Shown in pieces: positions 57,340 through 64,000 of a stretch of DNA of 64,000 nucleotides. The DNA comes from a virus, in IMG/VR virus record IMGVR_UViG_3300044701_003563. The stretch is one strand, 5' to 3'. The position numbers and the translations under genes are program-made. Each line of letters opens with the position of its first letter. Positions within the stretch are counted from its first letter, which is position 1. Under the pieces are notes generated by a model that saw only the letters and a list, made by a program, of their open reading frames with translations, was not told the DNA's origin and did not search any database.

Positions 57340-57748
57340 AACATTAGAAGCAATTGGTATTTTAATTTCTATAGGTTCTTCATTAAAAGATCTTAAAGAC
57401 AAATTCTTCAATTCTAAAAGAAGAAAAGAAATTGCAGAATGGACTTATGATCTTGGCAGTATCGTAGAAGATATAGCAATTCATTTAAATAAAAATGAAT
57501 ATCCACACCAAACATGTGCAAGAATGGCATATATTGCGGATATTTTTTCAGAAGTTGTGGGTGATGCGATCACTTCAAATGAAGAAAATCTTTTAAAAGA
57601 ATTGTTACAATCTGCCATAAATATCGAAAGGACTTTTGGAGAATATAGTTCTCTTGAGGAATTTGATAAAACAAGTTACGTTCAAGAATTATATTCAATT
57701 TCTGGTTCTATTTTAGGTATTGCTGATTCATTAAAACATAAAAAATGA
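57329..57748 (+). CDS. Hypothetical protein
   Basis: ORF from MIIETLEAIG; helical. Confidence 0.6.
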   Translation: MIIETLEAIGILISIGSSLKDLKDKFFNSKRRKEIAEWTYDLGSIVEDIAIHLNKNEYPHQTCARMAYIADIFSEVVGDAITSNEENLLKELLQSAINIERTFGEYSSLEEFDKTSYVQELYSISGSILGIADSLKHKK

Positions 57749-57903
57749 ATGTACTCACTGGTGGAGATGTTGTCTGGTCTGTTATTATTCTTCTTTCAGT
57801 TGGTTTAGCTGGCACATCTTGGGTAATCTATAAAGTTCTTATCTGGGATAATGAGGAAACTAATTCTTCCGATCATAATCATCATTCGTCTTCTGACCAA
57901 TGA
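57745..57903 (+). CDS. Small single-transmembrane protein (52 aa)
   Basis: MNVLTGGDVVWSVIILLSVGLAGTSWVIYKVLIWD...; ATGA overlap with the upstream gene. Confidence 0.55.
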   Translation: MNVLTGGDVVWSVIILLSVGLAGTSWVIYKVLIWDNEETNSSDHNHHSSSDQ

Positions 57904-58018
57904 TGGTTTTTTTAATGAAAACAGAAACGTCAGGAGCAAACTTCAACCACCAGAAGTTCGTTCTTCAATTCGTAGAGTTTGGAAAAAAGGAGCAAAGAAA
58001 TGTACGACTACAAAGTAA
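57851..58018 (+). CDS. Small basic hypothetical protein (55 aa)
   Basis: MRKLILPIIIIIRLLTNDGFFNENR...; overlaps its neighbours. Confidence 0.4.
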   Translation: MRKLILPIIIIIRLLTNDGFFNENRNVRSKLQPPEVRSSIRRVWKKGAKKCTTTK

Positions 58019-58356
58019 AAAGCATTAAAAGAGTTATTGACGGTGATACTGTCGAAGTTGAAATCGATTTGGGGTTTCATTTGACTCTTTGTGATAAAGT
58101 TCGTTTAGCAGGAGTTAATACTCCAGAAACAAGAACCACAGATCCAGAAGAAAAAGAAAAAGGTCTCAAATCCAAAGCATGGATGCAAGACCGTTTGAGT
58201 AATATTGAGGGTAAAGAGTTAATCGTAAAATTCGTAAAAGAAGAAAAGTACGGAAGATTACTGGGTTGGTTATATTTTGTTGGAGAACCTAATACCCTCA
58301 ACGAACAATTAATTAATGAAGGGTTAGCAGAACCTTATATGACAGATCAACTGTAA
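58000..58356 (+). CDS. Thermonuclease (SNase-like)
   Basis: RVIDGDTV...VRLAGVNTPE...KYGRLLG. Confidence 0.9.
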   Translation: MYDYKVKSIKRVIDGDTVEVEIDLGFHLTLCDKVRLAGVNTPETRTTDPEEKEKGLKSKAWMQDRLSNIEGKELIVKFVKEEKYGRLLGWLYFVGEPNTLNEQLINEGLAEPYMTDQL

Positions 58357-59588
58357 TCATGATGAAATGATGTATCATGATGATCATCATAAACCATTGG
58401 AATTTCATAATTATGTGATCCAAAATCATCAATAACATCGTAAGAATTGTCGATGTGCTGATCCCCATGAAATTCATCGGGGATATTTTCATGCCAATTA
58501 TTTCCTGGATGTTCTTCTACAAATCGATCAATAACATCTGCAATTGAATTTCCATCATTTTCAGCGTTGTTATGAGGTCCCGAGTTACCTGGAGCATCCT
58601 GATCTCCATTTCCCCATCCATTATTTCCTCCTTTACCTCCTCCATTATTAGGAGGATTTTCAGAATTATTATCTTGCCCTCCGTCATTTTTTGAATCACC
58701 TGGAGGTTGGTTTGATTCGGGGTCTTGTCCATCTTGATGATTGCCTTTGCCTGGATTGTCTGATGCTCCAGTTTCTCCATCCCAAGGTGAGTTTCCAACT
58801 TCTTTATCATTGCCAGGATTACCTCTGCCTGGATCTTCTGGATCTTCGGGGTCTTCGGGATCCTCTGGGTCTTCTGGATCTTCTGGATCTTCGGGATCTT
58901 CTGGATCTTCTGGATCTTCGGGATCCTCTGGGTCTTCTGGATCTTCTGGATCTTCGGGATCTTCTGGATCTTCTGGATCTTCGGGATCTTCTGGGTCTTC
59001 TGGATCTTCTGGGTCTTCGGGATCTTCTGGATCTTCGGGATCTTCTGGATCTTCTGGATCTTCTGGATCTTCGGGATCCTCTGGGTCTTCTGGGTCTTCT
59101 GGATCTTCGGGGTCTTCGGGGTCTTCGGGATCTACAGGAGGATCTACAGGAGGATCTACAGGAGGATTTACAGGCGGTTCTTGTTCTGGTAGATCGCCAA
59201 CAACAATGCTGTCGTCAACATTATTCCCACCCCCAAAAGATATAGTATCAAGATTAAAAGAGATTCCATTTGTCTGAACTGGTGTGATATCTATTCCGTA
59301 AGCTTTAAATGCTTCTGCTGGAGTAATATTTCTTAGAACCACATTATCTCCAGAAGAACCATAAGATTCCAATGTAGGATTAAAAAGATCTGTATCTGTT
59401 GTAACTTCAACTGCACCAACATTACTTGATGGTGCAGTTTCTACTGGAGTGTTATCTACTCCCTCACCTACTGGTGTATATCCACCAGGAAAACGAGCAG
59501 CAGCAGTAGGATCATGTGGTATTTGATCCTGAGATTGCTGACTCGTCTTGAGTGTTTCTTCGCCTTGTAATCCTAACTGATCTTCCAT
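58347..59588 (-). CDS. Highly acidic low-complexity protein with a (DPE)n tract
   Basis: 413-aa ORF with about 33 DPE repeats and a GNNGWGNGDQDAPGNS motif. Confidence 0.75.
   Translation of the reverse strand: MEDQLGLQGEETLKTSQQSQDQIPHDPTAAARFPGGYTPVGEGVDNTPVETAPSSNVGAVEVTTDTDLFNPTLESYGSSGDNVVLRNITPAEAFKAYGIDITPVQTNGISFNLDTISFGGGNNVDDSIVVGDLPEQEPPVNPPVDPPVDPPVDPEDPEDPEDPEDPEDPEDPEDPEDPEDPEDPEDPEDPEDPEDPEDPEDPEDPEDPEDPEDPEDPEDPEDPEDPEDPEDPEDPEDPEDPEDPEDPEDPEDPGRGNPGNDKEVGNSPWDGETGASDNPGKGNHQDGQDPESNQPPGDSKNDGGQDNNSENPPNNGGGKGGNNGWGNGDQDAPGNSGPHNNAENDGNSIADVIDRFVEEHPGNNWHENIPDEFHGDQHIDNSYDVIDDFGSHNYEIPMVYDDHHDTSFHHDYS
58830..59132. repeat. 9-bp tandem repeat (about 33 copies) encoding DPE
   Basis: GGATCTTCT/GGGTCTTCG/GGATCCTCT variants that differ at synonymous positions. 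Confidence 0.95.
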
Positions 59589-59606
59589 AATTTTTATGTT
59601 GTTTAG

Positions 59607-60239
59607 TTATTTATTTTTCATTCCCATTTCCCAGAGGTATCCCTCTGCTTTTCTACGTTTTGCCAATCCAGGTTCCACTGATGTACCTGGATTTCTGTAC
59701 ATATAAAGTACTTCTGGAACTTTATGCCATTGTTTATTTTTCAAAACAAATGAAATGGTTGCGAAGTTTTTATTCCCGTAGAAGTTAGGTCCCATATTAT
59801 AACAAAAGGAAAGAAGTGCTCCTCTTTGATTATCAGTCATTTCATTCCAAAATGGAATCTTTTGCAATGCTGGAAGATATTCTTTTTTTAAAGTTTTAGC
59901 AAGAAGTTCATCTGCTTCTTGCTGCGTAATTCTATCTCCAATTCTGAATGAAGTTCCATTCAATCTCTTCGTAGAACCCCACCCAATTGTAATGGGCAAT
60001 CCACCACTCAAAGGATCATAATACGCCTTCAATTCACATCCTTCAAACTGCTTTATCAAATCAACGCCAGATTTTGGAAGATCTACAAGATAATTTACCT
60101 TTGGACCATCTCTATAAATTCTTGCAAATTCATCCAGGATTTCTTTATGAACTGACTTCTGCAAAAAATCCCATGCTTTCTTTTGATGTGGCAAACCTTT
60201 AAAATTTTCTGCCGCATCTTCAAATTCTATGGTTTCCAT
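59607..60239 (-). CDS. GH24 lysozyme (endolysin)
   Basis: LIKQFEGCELKAYYD...ITIGWGST...ALLSFCYNMG...GLAKRRKAE. Confidence 0.92.
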   Translation of the reverse strand: METIEFEDAAENFKGLPHQKKAWDFLQKSVHKEILDEFARIYRDGPKVNYLVDLPKSGVDLIKQFEGCELKAYYDPLSGGLPITIGWGSTKRLNGTSFRIGDRITQQEADELLAKTLKKEYLPALQKIPFWNEMTDNQRGALLSFCYNMGPNFYGNKNFATISFVLKNKQWHKVPEVLYMYRNPGTSVEPGLAKRRKAEGYLWEMGMKNK

Positions 60240-60904
60240 ACTCTACCCCATCCCGCATTCGGACCATCACATAACCAACGATACTTCAAGTCATTTACTT
60301 TGTAAACTGCACCTTTACCATTTGTAACTGGTCCAGTATAACGATCATTCCAAGATCCATAAGGATCATTTACAACATAATCGCCTTGAGGTGTTTTACC
60401 AATCACGACAACCATATGTCCACCAGTAGGATATGACAATGATCCCCTATGCTTAACACCAATTACAACTGGTCTTTGTTCTTTCAATTCCCTATCAAGA
60501 TCTGCAAATCCTAAGTTATTTCTAAATTCGGAATTGAGACCAAAAGATTGAAGTGCTCTTGTTTGTGCTCCGTGATCTGTGGTGTCACCAAAAGAAAATA
60601 ATTTTTTTAAGTAAGTATCATCTCCCTTTGGTCCCTTAAGAGTTCCTGGTTTAAAATATTCTAAGAACATTGCAGAACACGAAGAGTTGCATGTTCTATT
60701 TGGTTGAGTAAAGTTATCGGTTTGAGGAAACCAAGGAACATCTAATATTGCTTTTGCTATCTTTGTTCTAAAAATTCTAACCCAATTTGACTGATCATCC
60801 AAAAATTCTGCGGGCAACTTTGCCTCTAATTCATCAATCGCAGCCTTATGTTTTGGATTCTCTTCATCGTAATGCACGAAAAAATCATGCAGATCTATTT
60901 TCAT
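60227..60904 (-). CDS. C39-like cysteine peptidase
   Basis: VPWFPQTDN...RTCNSSC...GGHMVVVIG...VNDPYG. Confidence 0.85.
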   Translation of the reverse strand: MKIDLHDFFVHYDEENPKHKAAIDELEAKLPAEFLDDQSNWVRIFRTKIAKAILDVPWFPQTDNFTQPNRTCNSSCSAMFLEYFKPGTLKGPKGDDTYLKKLFSFGDTTDHGAQTRALQSFGLNSEFRNNLGFADLDRELKEQRPVVIGVKHRGSLSYPTGGHMVVVIGKTPQGDYVVNDPYGSWNDRYTGPVTNGKGAVYKVNDLKYRWLCDGPNAGWGRVWKP

Positions 60905-60929
60905 TTCTTATATCTCAACAACCTACCCG

Positions 60930-60961
60930 TATTTATAAAAAAAGGAGGGATTAAACCCTCC
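60930..60961 (-). terminator. Intrinsic terminator fused to a late promoter
   Basis: GGAGGG-TTTAAT-CCCTCC-T7 running into TATAAATA. Confidence 0.8.
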
Positions 60962-60974
60962 ATAGTTTTGTATT

Positions 60975-61493
60975 TCACACAGAAACTATTTGCCTCGACT
61001 TTACATATTCAAGGAGTTTGGTTGGTGTTGTTTCTTCGTAAGGATCTTCAATTGCATCATCACACTTTCCAGATTCGATGAACATTTTTTCAACTACCAT
61101 ATCATCGACAACCATCGCATAACGCCAAGACCTTTCACCAAAACCACAGTTATACTTTCCTACAAGCATACCCATGTAATCTGTGAAATCGGCATTTCCA
61201 TCTGGAATCATCTTCACATTTTCAATTCCAAGTTCTTTTGCCCAAGCATTCATAACAAACCCATCATTTACAGAAATGCAAAAGATGTCATCAATACCTT
61301 GCTTTTTGAACTCATCATAAAGATCATCAAATCCAGGAAGTTGATAATTTGTACAGGTTGGAGTAAATGCACCAGGAAGGCTAAAAATAATTACTCTTTT
61401 TCCGCCAATAATATCCGAAGTTTTTTTAGTAATAAATTCTCCGTCTTCTCGGAAGACGAATTCATATTCGGCAAGACGCTTATTAGGTTCCAT
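60975..61493 (-). CDS. Peroxiredoxin (Prx5 type)
   Basis: FSLPGAFTPTC; SVNDGFVMNAW; RSWRYAM. Confidence 0.92.
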   Translation of the reverse strand: MEPNKRLAEYEFVFREDGEFITKKTSDIIGGKRVIIFSLPGAFTPTCTNYQLPGFDDLYDEFKKQGIDDIFCISVNDGFVMNAWAKELGIENVKMIPDGNADFTDYMGMLVGKYNCGFGERSWRYAMVVDDMVVEKMFIESGKCDDAIEDPYEETTPTKLLEYVKSRQIVSV

Positions 61494-61510
61494 AAATTAC
61501 TCTCCTAATT

Positions 61511-61630
61511 TCAGAAAATACCTGGAATAATCTGACCAGTGGTGAGATATGTGCCTACAGCAACGACGAAACCGAGCATTGCCAGGCGAGCATTGAGGAT
61601 CTCTGCCTCAGGGGTGAATCCGAATTTCAT
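61511..61630 (-). CDS. hli: High-light-inducible protein (39 aa, not in ORF track)
   Basis: MKFGFTPEAEILNARLAMLGFVVAVGTYLTTGQIIPGIF. Confidence 0.92.
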   Translation of the reverse strand: MKFGFTPEAEILNARLAMLGFVVAVGTYLTTGQIIPGIF

Positions 61631-61827
61631 TTTGTTTCTCCTCTTTTAGTAGTGTTTTGAATAACAATAAATTTGTCTTTTTTTAAGGTGCCTGCGATGC
61701 AAACTTTAAGTTCATCATCGCTAGACCAATCGCATTCGTCTTGAAGTTGTTGAAGAGCAATTGTCAGATCTACTAACCAATTACTTTTAGACATTACATT
61801 TTCTTCTGGTTCAAGATTTCCAATCAT
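61627..61827 (-). CDS. Hypothetical protein
   Basis: 66-aa ORF coupled to its neighbours. Confidence 0.65.
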   Translation of the reverse strand: MIGNLEPEENVMSKSNWLVDLTIALQQLQDECDWSSDDELKVCIAGTLKKDKFIVIQNTTKRGETK

Positions 61828-61913
61828 CAGTAAGTTTCAGCAAGGTTCTCCACAGCATAGCATAGAGTCACTAAAAAAGCAACCGAAGTCACTGTCCAAA
61901 TAAGTTCAGTCAT
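61827..61913 (-). CDS. 28-aa hydrophobic peptide
   Basis: MTELIWTVTSVAFLVTLCYAVENLAETY; TGATG overlaps on both sides. Confidence 0.55.
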   Translation of the reverse strand: MTELIWTVTSVAFLVTLCYAVENLAETY

Positions 61914-62116
61914 CAGAAGATTCCGAAGAAGAGTTTGCCAGTGCTGATATAAGAAATAGCACCAGCAATAATGCCGACCATTGCCCAACGTCCATTATAC
62001 ATCTCGGTAGTTTGCATAGGGGTCATAAGACCTTTGCGGTGATATTCTTGGTAAACCATTTCAGGTTCTTTGGCCCACATATTTTGTTGACCAAATTCAT
62101 TCGTGGTTACTGTCAT
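61913..62116 (-). CDS. hli: High-light-inducible protein
   Basis: MTVTTNEFGQQNMWAKEP...EMYNGRWAMVG...TGKLFFGIF. Confidence 0.92.
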   Translation of the reverse strand: MTVTTNEFGQQNMWAKEPEMVYQEYHRKGLMTPMQTTEMYNGRWAMVGIIAGAISYISTGKLFFGIF

Positions 62117-62143
62117 TGTAGTTTTGTAACGATTTACAACAAT

Positions 62144-62172
62144 AGTATATAGGTTTTGTAAAGTTTTGTCAA
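62144..62172 (-). promoter_or_regulatory. Sigma70 promoter of the hli operon with an HLR1-like direct repeat
   Basis: TTGACA-N17-TATACT; TTGACAAA-AC-TTTACAAA. Confidence 0.7.
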
Positions 62173-63089
62173 GAACCAATCTGTACGGGTTTCCTAACCT
62201 GTGTCTCGATCCAAGTATCAATTGATACCTTTGGAGACCATCCAAAGGTTTTTTTAATCCTATTATTATCTGCAAGAGTTTCTCTTGACTCCCCTGGTCT
62301 TGGAGAAATTTTGATTTGATTATCAGAAATCATGTTGGCAATTTCATTTATTGAATAATTTTTTCCAGTACCAACATTATAAATTCTACCAAATGCATTT
62401 GGTTCTAGATTAGAAATTGCAGCCATAATATTTGCATTTACAACATCAGATACGTGTGTAAAATCTCTACGTTGTTCACCATCACCCACAATTGTCAATG
62501 ATTCTCCATTTTCTGCTTGTCTTAAGAACAATCCAATTACAGGAGCATAGTGTCCCTTAAGTGGTTGTCTTTCACCATAAACATTAAAATATCTGAATAT
62601 GATCGTTTCCAATCCGTACAATTCATAATACATTTCACAAAGTTTTTCACCAGAAACTTTTGATACAGAATATGGATTCAAGCAATCTTCAATCATAGTT
62701 TCTACACATGGAGGAATGTTTCTTCCATATGCTGAGGATGTGGATGAATAAATGACTCTTTTAACTCCTGCTTCTCTTGCACATTGAAGAACCGTACAAG
62801 TCCCTACACAATTTGTTGCAACTGCAAGAATGGGATTTTCAATCGCAGGTTGAATTCGTGATTCTGCGGCAAGGTGAAATACTACATCAACAGCATCGTA
62901 AAGAGACCGAGTATTAGTATAATCGGCAATATCAAATTTAGCATTAATCGCGCTTTCATTCCAATAAAACTCCTCGTTACATTCAGAACTCTCATTGTCA
63001 ATTACGACAACTTCATGACCCATTTCCAAAAGTTTATCTACAAGATTGGAACCAATAAAACCAGCTCCACCAGTTACTAATGCTTTCAT
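62169..63089 (-). CDS. NAD-dependent epimerase/dehydratase
   Basis: VTGGAGFIGS; YSVSK (YxxxK); FRYFNVYG; RDFTHVSDV. Confidence 0.93.
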   Translation of the reverse strand: MKALVTGGAGFIGSNLVDKLLEMGHEVVVIDNESSECNEEFYWNESAINAKFDIADYTNTRSLYDAVDVVFHLAAESRIQPAIENPILAVATNCVGTCTVLQCAREAGVKRVIYSSTSSAYGRNIPPCVETMIEDCLNPYSVSKVSGEKLCEMYYELYGLETIIFRYFNVYGERQPLKGHYAPVIGLFLRQAENGESLTIVGDGEQRRDFTHVSDVVNANIMAAISNLEPNAFGRIYNVGTGKNYSINEIANMISDNQIKISPRPGESRETLADNNRIKKTFGWSPKVSIDTWIETQVRKPVQIGS

Positions 63090-63122
63090 ATATTAAAAAG
63101 TAATCTATTTTATGTAGTCAAT

Positions 63123-63149
63123 AAAAAACCACCCCAAGAAGAGGTGGTT
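63123..63149 (-). terminator. Intrinsic terminator after the porin gene
   Basis: ACCACCTC-TTCTT-GGGGTGGT-T5. Confidence 0.8.
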
Positions 63150-63172
63150 CCACTCAGGTTATGAGTGATTTA

Positions 63173-64000
63173 TCAGAACGTGAACTTGGTCTGAATTACA
63201 CCACCCCACTTGCTGCTGTCCTGGTAACGCTGATTGTTGTCAACATAGAACAGAGCAGGAGTGATGCTGATGTTATCGGTAACTTGGAACTTGTAGAAGA
63301 ACTCAAGCATCGTAGCATCAGATACGCCAGCGGTTTCAGCAGAAGGTGCTTGACCGACAGCAATACCAGCAGTATTACCAGCAACAAAAGCATCTGCCCA
63401 CTGAAGACCAACGAACCAGGAATCCGAATCGGTAGCATCGGTAGCACCAGTAGTACCACTTACGAAGTTATATCCGTAACCAGCACTGATGGAGGGAACC
63501 CAACCAGATTCAGAAGGTTGCCAATATGCGTTAAGAGCAATGGCATTAGACTCCTGACCATCTACAAGAGCACCATTGGCACCCAGGAGACCATTGTAGG
63601 TGCGAGGACGGGTGCCCTCAGAACCATAACGATAACCAGCACCAACACCCCAGTTAGATCCTTTGTAACCGAGTTGGGCAATGAAGTTCAGAGCACCTTC
63701 GGAATCAAAGACACCAGTGGAACTATCTTCACCATTCTCGGCAACATAGTTCAGACCAGCAACGAATCCACCTTTGCCGACATACTGAGCACCAACACCA
63801 GCACCAGTTGCCTTGTTATAGACACCAGGAGCACCAGCAACTTGGAAGAAGTCAAGGATTTCCGACTTATAAGCAGAAGGAACCCATGCCATCTCAGTGT
63901 TACGGACCTTAGGACCAGCAGTAATAGTCACACTATCACCAACAGGGAACTGATAGTAGAGACGATCAAGAACAACATTGTCTCCAGTCAGAGCAGTAGT
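63173..64000 (-). CDS. Cyanobacterial-type outer-membrane porin (Som / iron-uptake / OprB-like), 5' end outside the window
   Basis: Frame is open to 64000 (DRLYYQFPVGD...); EFFYKFQVTDNISITPALFY; C-terminal TKFTF. Confidence 0.88.
   Translation of the reverse strand, partial: TTALTGDNVVLDRLYYQFPVGDSVTITAGPKVRNTEMAWVPSAYKSEILDFFQVAGAPGVYNKATGAGVGAQYVGKGGFVAGLNYVAENGEDSSTGVFDSEGALNFIAQLGYKGSNWGVGAGYRYGSEGTRPRTYNGLLGANGALVDGQESNAIALNAYWQPSESGWVPSISAGYGYNFVSGTTGATDATDSDSWFVGLQWADAFVAGNTAGIAVGQAPSAETAGVSDATMLEFFYKFQVTDNISITPALFYVDNNQRYQDSSKWGGVIQTKFTF

Noticed and set aside
58691-59277. Plus-strand (LLD)n and (GSS)n ORFs, and a possible CRISPR-like array
   Set aside because: Alternative readings of the 9-bp DPE tandem repeat. 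There are no spacers, so it is not a CRISPR array.
60990-61508. 172-aa ORF antisense to the peroxiredoxin
   Set aside because: Shadow ORF with no motifs.

Overview
This window is a 64-kb segment of a T4-like cyanomyovirus (Kyanoviridae-like), probably infecting a picocyanobacterium (Synechococcus/Cyanobium-type). Most genes are on the minus strand. In order along the window: (1) giant virion or fibre proteins; (2) six tRNAs with sigma70-type promoters; (3) the baseplate and tail module: gp5, a gp27-like hub, two giant tape-measure-like proteins carrying peptidoglycan hydrolase domains, gp51, gp26, a gp54/gp19-like protein, gp4, gp48 and gp53, with cp12 embedded; (4) replication and late-transcription genes (gp32, gp59, gp33, exonuclease, phoH, thyX); (5) a nitrogen-sensing locus with an NtcA-like box, tandem glutamine riboswitch aptamers and a DUF4278 gene, next to speD; (6) glutaredoxin, a glycosyltransferase/methyltransferase fusion and rimK; (7) psbD and psbA; (8) a late lysis-type cluster, peroxiredoxin, two hli genes, an epimerase and a truncated cyanobacterial-type porin. 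The three strongest observations are as follows. First, a 2974-aa protein whose sequence suggests a 15-deep nested ('Russian-doll') domain architecture inside a split VWA domain. Second, an unannotated 50-codon ORF lying inside the second glutamine riboswitch aptamer. Third, a single tail protein with six predicted muralytic domains. All calls come from reading the sequence and motifs by eye; no searches were run.
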